A stretch of 64,000 nucleotides of DNA from an uncultured Candidatus Saccharibacteria bacterium (lineage in GTDB: Bacteria > Patescibacteriota > Minisyncoccia > Phycocordibacterales > UBA9973), in NCBI GenBank assembly GCA_964544225.1, contig CAZIZK010000001.1:143477-207476 (forward strand), written 5' to 3'. This document shows positions 27,584 to 37,073 of this stretch, piece by piece. A program made the position numbers and the translations under genes. Position 1 is the first letter of the stretch. Every line of letters begins with the position of its first letter. Below the pieces are notes generated by a model. The model saw nothing but the letters and a program-made list of their open reading frames with translations. It did no database searches and was not told where the DNA came from.

Positions 27584-27612
27584 GAAAACACCATTATGGT
27601 GTTTTCTTTTTT
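27584..27612 (+). terminator. intrinsic terminator after ppa
   Basis: GAAAACACCattatGGTGTTTTCtttttt. Confidence 0.65.
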
Positions 27613-27677
27613 ATTCAAATGCACTAGGCAAGACCTAGCGCATTTAGTATTTGGTAAAAATAATGTAATATATACTT

Positions 27678-28274
27678 ATGCAAAATCAACGTAAAACAAT
27701 CCGAAATGGTGAGCCGTTTATAATAGCCGAAGGTAAGTTGGGGGCTATTGTTGGCTTCCCTATGCTTGTAGATTCTGGAAGTGGGCACAAGGAAAAGACC
27801 TTTGAGAGATTTGTTCGTCCACCAGGCACAAGAATTATAGCTATTAAAGATAATAAAATATTTCTTCAATGTGAACACCGTTTAGAAGTAAAGAATGAGT
27901 TCGACTGGCGACTCCCCGGTGGCAAGGTTGTGGACAGCTTTGCAGAATATAAAGATTATATAGATATAAACAAAGATATGCCTACTGAGATGATCCTTTC
28001 TGCAGGAAGAAAGGAGTTACGTGAGGAAGCAAAGCTTGATTCTGAAAAACTTTCTTTATTTAAAAAGTCTTCTTGTGGAGCATCTGTCGAGTGGGACCTA
28101 TACTACATAATAGCCGAAGATGTTACTGATTATGCAAATGATCACAACGAAGGCGAGGAGATAGTGGATGGCAAATGGTTTACACACGAAGAAGTGTTGG
28201 CGATGTGTAACTCAGGAGCTATAGATGAGGATAGGACTGTCGCTGTATTGTATCAGTATATAAACAAAAAATAA
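27678..28274 (+). CDS. NUDIX hydrolase
   Basis: Nudix box GGKVVDS...AGRKELREEAKL. Confidence 0.75.
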   Translation: MQNQRKTIRNGEPFIIAEGKLGAIVGFPMLVDSGSGHKEKTFERFVRPPGTRIIAIKDNKIFLQCEHRLEVKNEFDWRLPGGKVVDSFAEYKDYIDINKDMPTEMILSAGRKELREEAKLDSEKLSLFKKSSCGASVEWDLYYIIAEDVTDYANDHNEGEEIVDGKWFTHEEVLAMCNSGAIDEDRTVAVLYQYINKK

Positions 28275-28290
28275 TAAATTCACTCCACCA

Positions 28291-28328
28291 CCCCCAGATA
28301 GAGACTGAGTCTCTGTCTGGGGGTTTTT
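28291..28328 (+). terminator. intrinsic terminator after the NUDIX gene
   Basis: cccccagatagagac tga gtctctgtctggggg ttttt hairpin with T-run. Confidence 0.65.
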
Positions 28329-28420
28329 GATTGTATTGATTATTGGTATACTATATATGTACAGGTATATAGTCATGTATACGTGTATCGTTTAGAAATT
28401 AATAATTAAAATTTACATTT

Positions 28421-29293
28421 ATGAAGAAATATATTTACTTAGGTTTACTTGTAGCATTTGCTATGGTGGGTGCGAGTTTTGCACATGCCGAGGATGGCAA
28501 CGAAGGTGGTGACGACATGGGTCGCCCAGTTATGCAAGGTGAGTTTAGAAAGGGTGATGATATGCGTCCTGGTACAAGACCAGTAATGATGAAGGGTGAG
28601 TTCAGAGGTGAAGATAGAAATGAGGATGAGAACGAGAATGAAAACGGTGATGACAACGAAGGTATGAGAAAGGGTATCGTAGGTGAAAGAGGCTTCGGTA
28701 AGTTCGAAGGGTCTGACAATCGTTCAGATATGAAGAACCTTACGAAAGAAGAGAAGACTACTTTAAAAGAAAAGTTCAAGATGGAAAAGGAAAAGGCAAA
28801 GGACCTAGCTGAACACATGAAAGAAATAATGAAGAAGGATAATAGTGGTGATAGAGTAAAGGCGTTCCTACGATTCGACGCAGCTATCGCCCGTATGGAT
28901 ACACTAGTGTCACGTGTAGAGTCTCGTATTGCAAAGGTAACAGCTGAAGGCACAGATGCAACTACTGCTACAGCAGAAGTTACAAAAGCAAAGGCAAGTA
29001 TCGCGGATGCAAAGACAAAGTTCGAAGAACTGAAGACAAAGCTTCAGACAATAGAATCTACAAGTACAGATTCAACCGATGACAATAATGAAAGCGATGA
29101 TGCATCTGATGATTCTGACAACAGAAAGACAAACAATAATGCATTCAAAGCTGAAACAGCTCCCCTAGTAAAAGCTATAAAAGACGATCTTGTGAGTGCT
29201 CAGAAGTCACTCATGCAAGCAGTAAAGGTATTGCGTGGTCTTGCTCCTGTAAAAACAGAGGCTGGCACAACTACAACAACTACAAACCAATAA
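28421..29293 (+). CDS. secreted acidic low-complexity protein
   Basis: Signal peptide MKKYIYLGLLVAFAMVGASFAHA, D/E/N-rich repeats (GEFRKGDDMRPGTRPVM x2), coiled-coil, poly-Thr tail. Confidence 0.5.
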   Translation: MKKYIYLGLLVAFAMVGASFAHAEDGNEGGDDMGRPVMQGEFRKGDDMRPGTRPVMMKGEFRGEDRNEDENENENGDDNEGMRKGIVGERGFGKFEGSDNRSDMKNLTKEEKTTLKEKFKMEKEKAKDLAEHMKEIMKKDNSGDRVKAFLRFDAAIARMDTLVSRVESRIAKVTAEGTDATTATAEVTKAKASIADAKTKFEELKTKLQTIESTSTDSTDDNNESDDASDDSDNRKTNNNAFKAETAPLVKAIKDDLVSAQKSLMQAVKVLRGLAPVKTEAGTTTTTTNQ

Positions 29294-29317
29294 TTATTAA
29301 CTAAATAAAATAAAAAT

Positions 29318-29608
29318 ATGGAACCAAACACAACAAACAATACAATAACAAAAAACTCTCATGGTGCATTGATAGGATCAATAATTATAGTTGTTATATT
29401 AATTATTGGTGGTATGTATGTATTCAAAATGACAAAGAGTAACTATGCTGCGCAACAAGACCGCCAAGCTCTACAGCAAATGCAAGAGCAAGATGCTGTT
29501 GTTCAGAGTTTAGAAACACAAGGCGCAAGCGATGATCTAGACTCAATAGATGCAGATCTAAAAGCTACAGACATCAACTCTATAGACAGTACAACAACTG
29601 TTCAATAG
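29318..29608 (+). CDS. small single-TM protein
   Basis: TM helix LIGSIIIVVILIIGGMYVF with a Gln-rich acidic tail. Confidence 0.4.
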   Translation: MEPNTTNNTITKNSHGALIGSIIIVVILIIGGMYVFKMTKSNYAAQQDRQALQQMQEQDAVVQSLETQGASDDLDSIDADLKATDINSIDSTTTVQ

Positions 29609-29623
29609 ACATAAGAGGCAGGA

Positions 29624-29660
29624 AACAAATAGCGCCCTAGGGCGCTATTTGTTTTTTTTG
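29624..29660 (+). terminator. intrinsic terminator
   Basis: aaacaaatagcgccc ta gggcgctatttgttt ttttt. Confidence 0.65.
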
Positions 29661-29695
29661 ACAAAAAAGCTTTTAGAATATAGACTGTGTAAACT

Positions 29696-30757
29696 ATGAC
29701 AAAAACAAATATAAAAAAGTTAGAAAAGAGTGAGGTAGAGATAGAAGGTTCAATCCCAAGTGACAAATTCGCCACTTATGAGGACAAGGCCCTCGAACGT
29801 ATCGGCAAGCGCATGGAGATCCCAGGCTTCCGTGTTGGTCATGCACCAAAAGACATGATAAAGAAGAACCTAAACCCTATCATGCTACTAGAGGAGATGG
29901 CCGAGCTTGCTATACATGAAGCATACCCACAGATACTAGAGGACAACAAGATCGACGCTATTAGTCAGCCACAAGTACAGATCACAAAGATAGCCGAGGG
30001 TAATGACTTGGAATTCAAGATCCGTACAGCAACACTTCCAGAAGTTAACCTTCCAGATTACAAAAAGATAGCAAAGGATGAGATAAAGAAGGCAGGTGAG
30101 ATAAAAGCTGAGGTGAAAGATGAAGATATAGATAAAGTATTGAAAGATTTACAAAAGATGCGCGCACATGAGGGGTTGCACAAGCACGAAGGCGACGATG
30201 CAGAAGAACACAATCATCCAGAGATCACTGACGATATGCTTCCAGAACTAAATGATGAATTTGCAAAAAGCTTCGGTGACTTTGCAAACCTTGAAGCATT
30301 GAAGAACAAGATTACTGAGAATGTGAAGATGGAGAAGGAAGTAGAAGCAAAGGACAAGCGTCGCCTAGCGATAATCGAAGGTATCATTGCTGACACAAAG
30401 TGTGACATGCCAGAAATATTGGTAAATGCCGAGATAGATAAATTGTTCTACAAGCTCGAAGCAGATATACAAAATGTTGGTTTCAAAGTAGAGGATTATT
30501 TGAAGCAGATCGGCAAGAGTGTCGAAGAATTGAGGAAGGAATGGTATGGCGAGGCCGAGAAGCGTGCAAAGCTTCAGATGGTACTATACACAATATCAAA
30601 AAATGAAAGTTTGAAGCCTTCAGATGAGGAGGTAAAGAAGGAAGCCGAAGCAATAACAAAGATGTATAAAGATGCCGACCCAATCCGTGCCGAAGCTTAT
30701 GTAGAGCAAATGCTCACAAATGAAAAAGTTTTTACATTCCTAGAAGAGCAGAAATAA
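29696..30757 (+). CDS. tig: trigger factor, short form lacking the central PPIase (FKBP) domain
   Basis: N-terminal ribosome-binding domain (GFRVGHAPKDMIKKN signature region) joined to a C-terminal chaperone arm domain. At 353 aa it is shorter than the usual approx. 430 aa and no FKBP segment is identifiable. Confidence 0.8.
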   Translation: MTKTNIKKLEKSEVEIEGSIPSDKFATYEDKALERIGKRMEIPGFRVGHAPKDMIKKNLNPIMLLEEMAELAIHEAYPQILEDNKIDAISQPQVQITKIAEGNDLEFKIRTATLPEVNLPDYKKIAKDEIKKAGEIKAEVKDEDIDKVLKDLQKMRAHEGLHKHEGDDAEEHNHPEITDDMLPELNDEFAKSFGDFANLEALKNKITENVKMEKEVEAKDKRRLAIIEGIIADTKCDMPEILVNAEIDKLFYKLEADIQNVGFKVEDYLKQIGKSVEELRKEWYGEAEKRAKLQMVLYTISKNESLKPSDEEVKKEAEAITKMYKDADPIRAEAYVEQMLTNEKVFTFLEEQK

Positions 30758-30774
30758 AATATTGTTCACATAAA

Positions 30775-30812
30775 AAGAAAGAACCGAGAGCGAAAGCTCC
30801 GGTTCTTTTTTT
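30775..30812 (+). terminator. intrinsic terminator after tig
   Basis: aagaaccgagagc gaaa gctccggttctt ttttt. Confidence 0.6.
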
Positions 30813-30832
30813 GTTTGTTTCTCAAATTGATT

Positions 30833-31309
30833 TTACAAGATATTGTAGTCGTATATATACGCACCATTTAAATCTTGTTTTGTTGGCATCGTTTCTCTTT
30901 GGATCAATACCGGTGCAGGGCCTTTGCTGTAGTCCCAATTGTTTAGGTATGCTCTGATAGCATTACCTGAAAAATTTGCGATTACCATCTGTTGGCCAGT
31001 AGCTGGGTCAATAGCAATACTACCGTCCTTCATAAAAACTTTTGTTTTTGTATCAAGTGCATCAGGTTTACTGATAACATACAGAACAAAAGAATTATTT
31101 AGGGGCAAACGGTGTTTTGGATCAAATGAAGAATAATAATACCCTCCTCCGAATCCAACACCAATACTTGCATTAACCCAAACACCGTTCGGGCCAACAG
31201 TAACTGATACACCACCACCAACTCTTGGCTGAGGACCTGGGTCCTTAACACAACTTGAGAATGCAATAGCGACCGCAGTGGCCACCATTGCGAAAATTAA
31301 ATTTTTCAT
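30833..31309 (-). CDS. putative lipoprotein
   Basis: Signal peptide with lipobox-like AFSSC, then a Gly-rich beta domain. Confidence 0.45.
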   Translation of the reverse strand: MKNLIFAMVATAVAIAFSSCVKDPGPQPRVGGGVSVTVGPNGVWVNASIGVGFGGGYYYSSFDPKHRLPLNNSFVLYVISKPDALDTKTKVFMKDGSIAIDPATGQQMVIANFSGNAIRAYLNNWDYSKGPAPVLIQRETMPTKQDLNGAYIYDYNIL

Positions 31310-31433
31310 TGTTCATCTATATTTGTATATATTATACCATGTTTTGACCCATAAAGTCAAGTAGAAAATAAACCCTATTTTGCTATACTATACTCATATT
31401 TAGCCTTATTATTTAATCTTTTAATACAAATTT

Positions 31434-32018
31434 ATGTTAATCCCAACAGTTATTGAAAAGTCACAGTTTGGTGAACGAGCGTACGATATATACTCTCGCC
31501 TACTCAACGAGCGTATTATATTCCTAGGTGGCCCAATAGACGACCACACTGCGAACCTCATCATCGCCCAGATGCTACACCTAGAACACGAGGACCCAAA
31601 GAAGGATATCATGCTATATATCAACTCCCCTGGCGGATCTGTTACAGCAGGCCTCGCAATTGTCGACACTATGAACTTTATAAAGCCAAATGTATCTACT
31701 ATATGCGTAGGTATTGCTGCATCTATGGGTGCGGTCATCCTATCCAACGGTACCAAAGGCAAGCGCTTTGCCCTACCGAACTCTGAAGTCATGATCCACC
31801 AGGTTATGGGAGGTGCTGAGGGTCAAGCAAGCGATATAGAGATCAGTGCAAAGCATATATTGAGGACAAAGGATACTTTGATCAAGATATTGGCAAAGAA
31901 TACAGGTAAAACTCCTCAGGTGGTGGAAAAGGACTCTGACCGCGACTATTGGATGCTAGCCGAAGAAGCAAAGAAGTACGGCGTCGTAGACGAGATCATA
32001 ACAAAAGGCAAGAAATAA
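31434..32018 (+). CDS. clpP: ATP-dependent Clp protease proteolytic subunit
   Basis: Catalytic Ser/His/Asp context [27 protein letters not shown]; ClpP N-terminus [17 protein letters not shown]. Confidence 0.95.
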   Translation: MLIPTVIEKSQFGERAYDIYSRLLNERIIFLGGPIDDHTANLIIAQMLHLEHEDPKKDIMLYINSPGGSVTAGLAIVDTMNFIKPNVSTICVGIAASMGAVILSNGTKGKRFALPNSEVMIHQVMGGAEGQASDIEISAKHILRTKDTLIKILAKNTGKTPQVVEKDSDRDYWMLAEEAKKYGVVDEIITKGKK

Positions 32019-32032
32019 TCACAAAAGCTCTC

Positions 32033-32060
32033 AACCGAGAGCTTTTGTTTTATGAAAGCT
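32033..32060 (+). terminator. intrinsic terminator after clpP
   Basis: aaaagctctc aacc gagagctttt gtttt. Confidence 0.65.
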
Positions 32061-32087
32061 ATAATACCTAGACAATAATAGCTAAAT
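32059..32087 (+). promoter_or_regulatory. sigma70-type promoter upstream of rny, followed by an approx. 160-nt leader
   Basis: TAGACA, a 17-nt spacer, then TATTAT. Shares AAATCAGGTATTATG with the nusA promoter. Confidence 0.45.
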
Positions 32088-32254
32088 CAGGTATTATGAA
32101 GTTATCGACATTTAAAAGTTTAGTTACATCCGTTTCTTTAATACGACACATTTTGAAAATGACTACTTCCGTAAATAAAATCAATGAAATCAAAGGTTTT
32201 TTCCACAATATAGACGTGCTCAAAAATTAGTATTACTGATCGGGTATTACCCGT

Positions 32255-33781
32255 ATGAGTTTAACAGCAATAATCATATCCACGCTTGCCCTACTTGTAG
32301 GAGTTGGTGTTGGATATTATTTGCGCCTTGTTATCTCTCTTGGCAAGAAGGGCTCTATGGAGCTCGAGATCAAGCAGATGATGATGGCCGCAAAAGAGGA
32401 TGCTCAGAAGATCATCGACGAAGGCAAGAAAAAGGCCGAGGAGAGGATCGCTGAACTCCACAAAGAAGAGAAGCAGAAGGAGGAAGAGTGGAAGCAGACA
32501 GAAAGTAGGTTAATTAAAAAGGATGCTTTGCTCGATGGTCGCCAAGTTGAAATAGATCGCGAAGCGGAAGCTATCAAGATCCGTATCGAAGAAGTAAAGA
32601 AGATAAAGGACCGCGTAGACGGCATGGAAGCCGAGAAGGAGAAAGAATTGGAAAAGGTTGCTCGCCTATCTATCGAAGATGCAAAGGATCAATTGTTTAA
32701 AGTTATCGAAGCTAACTACGAGGAGGACTTGCTAGTTCGCATGCAAAAGATGGAGACAACAAATGCAGAAAAGTTGGATCGCCGTGCAAAGGATATCCTA
32801 TCTACATCTATCAACCGCCTCGCAGCATCAACAGCGAGTGAGATGATGACTTCATCTGTAAACATACAATCAGATGAGATGAAGGGTAAGATCATTGGTA
32901 AGGAGGGCCGTAACATTCGTGCATTCGAGCGTGCAGCAGGTGTAGAACTGATAGTCGATGAGACTCCAGGCATGATAGTGATATCATCATTCGACCCAGT
33001 ACGTCGCCAAGTAGCCCGCGTAGCGTTGGAGAACTTGATACTCGACGGCCGTATCCAGCCAGCAAAGATCGAGGAGATGGTGGAGAAAGCCCAAGGTGAT
33101 ATAAATAAAATAATAAAAGAAAAGGGTGAACAGGCCGTATACGAATGTGGTATCTACAACCTAGACCCACGCATCGTAGCTATTGTCGGCCGACTATACT
33201 TCCGTACTAGTTATGGCCAGAACGTTTTGCAACACTCTATCGAGATGGCACACATCGCTGGGATGCTCGCTGAAGAGCTGGGTGCAGATATCCAGATAGC
33301 AAAGGCAGGTGCACTGGTACACGACATCGGTAAGGCTCTGGACCATGAAGTTCAAGGTACACATATCGACATTGGTATCCGTATCTTGCAGAAGTTCGGT
33401 GCGGACCCACGTATAATCGTAGCGATGAAGTCTCACCACGACGACTGCCCACATGAATCTATAGAAGCAGTAATAGTGCAGACAGCCGACCATATATCTG
33501 GAGGCCGCCCAGGTGCACGCCGTGACTCTGTGGAGAATTATATAAAGCGTCTACAGGATCTGGAAGCTCTGACAAAGACATTCGACGGTGTAGAGAAGTC
33601 GTATGCCCTTGCAGCCGGCCGTGAAATACGCATATTCGTAAACACTGACAAGGTAGATGACGTCAGTGCAAAAGAAATGGCCCGTGATATCGCAAAGAAG
33701 ATCGAGCAAGAACTCACCTACCCAGGGGAGATAAGGGTAACTCTAATAAGAGAAAACAGAGTAATAGAGTACGCGAGATAA
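32255..33781 (+). CDS. rny: ribonuclease Y
   Basis: N-terminal TM helix, coiled-coil, KH domain (GKIIGKEGRNIRAFE) and HD domain (HSIEMAHIAGMLA...HDIGK). Confidence 0.95.
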   Translation: MSLTAIIISTLALLVGVGVGYYLRLVISLGKKGSMELEIKQMMMAAKEDAQKIIDEGKKKAEERIAELHKEEKQKEEEWKQTESRLIKKDALLDGRQVEIDREAEAIKIRIEEVKKIKDRVDGMEAEKEKELEKVARLSIEDAKDQLFKVIEANYEEDLLVRMQKMETTNAEKLDRRAKDILSTSINRLAASTASEMMTSSVNIQSDEMKGKIIGKEGRNIRAFERAAGVELIVDETPGMIVISSFDPVRRQVARVALENLILDGRIQPAKIEEMVEKAQGDINKIIKEKGEQAVYECGIYNLDPRIVAIVGRLYFRTSYGQNVLQHSIEMAHIAGMLAEELGADIQIAKAGALVHDIGKALDHEVQGTHIDIGIRILQKFGADPRIIVAMKSHHDDCPHESIEAVIVQTADHISGGRPGARRDSVENYIKRLQDLEALTKTFDGVEKSYALAAGREIRIFVNTDKVDDVSAKEMARDIAKKIEQELTYPGEIRVTLIRENRVIEYAR

Positions 33782-33792
33782 TATTCACAATT

Positions 33793-33827
33793 AAAATTCC
33801 CCACAGGTCCGACCTGTGGGGAATTTT
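33793..33827. terminator. bidirectional palindromic terminator (AAAATTCCCC...GGGGAATTTT family)
   Basis: aaaattccccacaggtccgacctgtggggaatttt. Confidence 0.7.
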
Positions 33828-33838
33828 AATTGAAACTA

Positions 33839-34096
33839 TTAATTCATACCTTTGTCTTTCAAAACAGCATCGAGGCCACTTTTTGCACCATGATCTAAGT
33901 TCTTAAACTGACCATATATTTCTTGATGAATTGTGTCTATCTTCTTTTTATCAGCTTCATGTGTTGAACCTTGCTGAGGCTGTTGGTTTTCTGGTGCTTT
34001 GTTTATTTTGCCACTAGAAGTCACCCATTCAGGCTCTATTGATACACTCTCCTTCTGTATTCTCTTTCTCATGCCCATTCTTTCCATGAATCCCAT
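33839..34096 (-). CDS. hypothetical small protein
   Basis: 85-aa ORF between two terminator-flanked regions; charged and Gln-rich. Confidence 0.3.
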   Translation of the reverse strand: MGFMERMGMRKRIQKESVSIEPEWVTSSGKINKAPENQQPQQGSTHEADKKKIDTIHQEIYGQFKNLDHGAKSGLDAVLKDKGMN

Positions 34097-34158
34097 ATAT
34101 TTATATAAAAATTTAATCTAATAACCTGACCTTTTTATATTATATCACCTACCTATTT

Positions 34159-34551
34159 TTATTCCACTTCCCTCTTTAGAACTATTAGATGTAGGTGGAA
34201 ATGAGTAGGAATGGTTATACCTTTTGGTAAATTTTCATAAAAAACATCATAATTGTCCTTTATATAAGTGTTTTTTAGCTCTTTTAATTCATTTAGCTCG
34301 TCTTCATTGAGTAAATTCCAGTCAAAAACCACATCACGCTTTGTAGAGAGCATGTGACTAACAGTCGCAACAGCATCGTATGGGAACTTATTCTCCTTTA
34401 TAACCCAGTAATTGAATTCCTTCACCATATCTTCCCTCCAATCCTTATAAGGGTCTGGTGTGATACCCTTTTCTTTCATTTCTTCAGAAAACTTTATGTA
34501 TTTCTCCATTGTTTCGGGACTTCGGAGGAATGTTTTAGTAACTTTTGTCAT
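34159..34551 (-). CDS. hypothetical protein with C-terminal HIT-like H-x-H-x-H motif
   Basis: 130 aa ending ...GITIPTHFHLHLIVLKREVE, a histidine-triad-like pattern; the rest is unrecognised. Confidence 0.4.
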   Translation of the reverse strand: MTKVTKTFLRSPETMEKYIKFSEEMKEKGITPDPYKDWREDMVKEFNYWVIKENKFPYDAVATVSHMLSTKRDVVFDWNLLNEDELNELKELKNTYIKDNYDVFYENLPKGITIPTHFHLHLIVLKREVE

Positions 34552-34760
34552 ATATAAGGGGTATTATATCACACAATTCTGTGTAAAAAATATTAAATCA
34601 TACAATATATTCATTATTTGTAAAGTGTTGCAAACCCTTGTGGTAAAAAAAGCATTGGTATATAATGGTATTACTCCTGTTTATCAGGGATCGTTTGAAA
34701 ACGGTCGAATTATTATTCAATAGCTTCTTGTATTTTGCAAGAAATGCAAGACTAATTAGA

Positions 34761-35033
34761 ATGAATAAACAAGCATTAGTAGAATTGGTTCACGGCAAGA
34801 TCGGTGGTACAAAGGTACAAGCCGAAGAAGTTGTGAGCGGTATGTTCGATGCTATCGTTGCAACTTTGAAAAAGGGTGACGAAGTATCTATCGCAGGATT
34901 AGGAATCTTCTCAGTTAAGGCACGCGCAGCCCGCATGGCTCGCAACCCAAAGACTGGCGAGCAAGTAAAAGTTGCTGCTACAAATGTTCCAAAGTTCCGC
35001 GCTGCAAAAGCACTAAAGGACGCTGTTAAATAA
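34761..35033 (+). CDS. hup: DNA-binding protein HU
   Basis: MNKQALVELV...GLGIFSVKARAARMARNPKTGEQVKVAATNVPKFRAAKALKDAV matches the HU/IHF fold, including the signature arm. Confidence 0.9.
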   Translation: MNKQALVELVHGKIGGTKVQAEEVVSGMFDAIVATLKKGDEVSIAGLGIFSVKARAARMARNPKTGEQVKVAATNVPKFRAAKALKDAVK

Positions 35034-35179
35034 AATATTATCTGTGTACGGTATACACATATAATCATAGCGATAAAAACCACTCTTTCTCTATCATGAG
35101 TGGTTTTTATTTTTTCGTGTATCGCCATATTTTTCATGAAATAATCATAATGCATATGGTATAATTTATAAAAAATAAA

Positions 35180-36256
35180 TTGAACATTATGACAAAAATC
35201 ACTTTCACAGGAGACCGTACATTGATGCAGGCTTTACAATTAGCTGTGCATGATTATTTTGAAAAGAACAAAATTGCCAAAACTGGCAATTGGAAGCTCT
35301 ACTTAAAAACCATATTTTGGTTTTTACTATTAATTACAAGCTATGCTTGGCTTGTATTCTTTACACCTGAATCAACATGGTCACAAATAATGCTATCTAT
35401 AGTCATTGGTGGATCACTTGCAGGTATAGGATTCAACGTTGCACACGATGCAGCACATGGATCATATTCCAAAAAAGAGTGGGTAAATCAGCTTTTCTCT
35501 TACAGCTTTGAAGTTATGGGCACAAGTTCTAAATTCTGGAAGGTAAAGCATAACGTAGCACATCATACATTTACTAACATAGATGGACACGATGAAGACT
35601 TTGATGTTGAACCCTTACTTAGAATGTCTCCAAATCAAAAAAGGTATTGGTTCCATCGCTTACAATTTCTGTATGCGCCTATATTGTATTTATTTGTATA
35701 TATTATGTGGGTATGGAAAAATGACTTTGAAAGAAAAAGTGAGTTAAAAATTGCTAGTTCAAAAATTAAATCTTTCTCAAAAAGAGATAGGTTGATATTT
35801 TTTATTAGTAAAGGGTGGTGGTTTGCTGCATTTATTCTGGCTCCATTGATTCTAATCGGATTCTGGAAAGGCTTATTCTTATCAGCCATAATTATTTTTA
35901 CTTGTGGATTGATATTGGGATTAGTTTTCCAACCAGCTCATGTGGTTACAAAAACTATTTTTCCAATACCAAGTGAAGACGGTAAGATAGAAAGTGGCAA
36001 AGCAGAACATCAAATAGACACTACTTGTGATTTTGCGACAAAAAACCCTATCGTTTCATGGCTAGTTGGTGGATTGAACTTTCAAGTGGAACATCACTTG
36101 TTCACAGAAATATCACATATCCATTATCCGAAAATTCACAAAATTGTAAAAAATGTTTGTAATGAGTACGGTAAACCTATCACAGAGTTTAAAAGTTTTA
36201 CAGGGGCAATCCTTTCACACTTTTATCTTCTATATAAATTAGGAAGGATACCCTGA
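35180..36256 (+). CDS. membrane fatty-acid (acyl-lipid/acyl-CoA) desaturase
   Basis: Three His boxes (AHDAAHGSYS, KHNVAHHTFTNIDGHDED, QVEHHLF) and four or more TM helices. Confidence 0.85.
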   Translation: MNIMTKITFTGDRTLMQALQLAVHDYFEKNKIAKTGNWKLYLKTIFWFLLLITSYAWLVFFTPESTWSQIMLSIVIGGSLAGIGFNVAHDAAHGSYSKKEWVNQLFSYSFEVMGTSSKFWKVKHNVAHHTFTNIDGHDEDFDVEPLLRMSPNQKRYWFHRLQFLYAPILYLFVYIMWVWKNDFERKSELKIASSKIKSFSKRDRLIFFISKGWWFAAFILAPLILIGFWKGLFLSAIIIFTCGLILGLVFQPAHVVTKTIFPIPSEDGKIESGKAEHQIDTTCDFATKNPIVSWLVGGLNFQVEHHLFTEISHIHYPKIHKIVKNVCNEYGKPITEFKSFTGAILSHFYLLYKLGRIP

Positions 36257-36281
36257 TTTATAAAAATAAATAAAACATTAC

Positions 36282-36312
36282 AAAAGGCTCCCCTATTGGA
36301 GCCTTTTTTATT
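36282..36312 (+). terminator. intrinsic terminator after the desaturase gene
   Basis: aaaaggctcc cctatt ggagcctttt ttattttt. Confidence 0.65.
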
Positions 36313-36356
36313 TTTATTGTATTTAAAGTAAAATATGCTATGATATATCAATATTT

Positions 36357-36427
36357 CGGGGTGTAGTACAGTGGTAGTATACTCGGTTTGGGACCGAGAG
36401 ATCAGAGTTCGATTCTCTGCACCCCGA
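36357..36427 (+). tRNA. tRNA-Pro (anticodon TGG), no encoded CCA
   Basis: Hand-folded cloverleaf: acceptor cggggtg/caccccg, D-arm gtac-agtggta-gtat, anticodon stem ctcgg/ccgag with loop tttggga, T-arm cagag-ttcgatt-ctctg. 71 nt. Confidence 0.8.
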
Positions 36428-36452
36428 CAGACAGTTGTTTCGTTTAAAATAT

Positions 36453-36523
36453 GCGGGATTAGTTTAATGGTAGAACTGCAGTTTTCCAAACTGCTGGCAG
36501 GAGTTCGATTCTCCTATCCCGCA
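36453..36523 (+). tRNA. tRNA-Gly (anticodon TCC), no encoded CCA
   Basis: Acceptor gcgggat/atcccgc, anticodon stem gcagt/actgc with loop tttccaa, T-arm aggag-ttcgatt-ctcct. 71 nt. Confidence 0.85.
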
Positions 36524-36530
36524 CAAAAAA

Positions 36531-36950
36531 CTATAATATCACATTATCTATTACCCTCACCCGTGCATTGCGACTCTGCATATCTAGGTAAACTATAAAT
36601 ACATCAAACTGCCATGGGGTATTCCCTACTCTTTTGTGTATTAGATAGGTCTGGATTGTCCTTGATAGCCTCTTTAGCTTCCAAGGGTGTAGATTGTCCT
36701 CGGGCCTAGGCTTGTTACTATCGGCAGGACCATCCCACCCTGGCCACCCTTCCTTTATAAATGGGCGGGAAACAGACTTTACCTCTATAAAATAGATCTT
36801 GTCCTCCTTTTTAGCAATTATGTCTATTTCACCCCACTTTTTCGTATAATTCCTCTCTTCAATAGTAAATCCATGTTTCATGAGAAACGTACAGGCGACA
36901 TCTTCGCCTAACTTCCCTACTTTCTGTTTATCAGAAGTAAAGTTCTTCAT
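36531..36950 (-). CDS. YraN/UPF0102 family endonuclease-like protein
   Basis: GKLGEDVACTFLMKHGFTIEERNY...GEIDIIAKKEDKIYFIEVKS is the UPF0102 pattern. Confidence 0.75.
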   Translation of the reverse strand: MKNFTSDKQKVGKLGEDVACTFLMKHGFTIEERNYTKKWGEIDIIAKKEDKIYFIEVKSVSRPFIKEGWPGWDGPADSNKPRPEDNLHPWKLKRLSRTIQTYLIHKRVGNTPWQFDVFIVYLDMQSRNARVRVIDNVIL

Positions 36951-37073
36951 GTTTATATTATACCCCTATAATAACAATATATCCATATTGTTACATGTGT
37001 AACCAGGTAAAGTGTGCCACGTGAAACATAATTTATGTTAATTACCCTAAAAACTTCATTTGTCCGATAAAAT

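Noticed and set aside
32404-33493. Several 70-100-aa minus-strand ORFs inside rny.
   Set aside because: They lie fully within a confidently assigned, well-conserved plus-strand gene and have Arg/Ser/Pro/Cys-rich antisense composition. They are spurious shadow ORFs.
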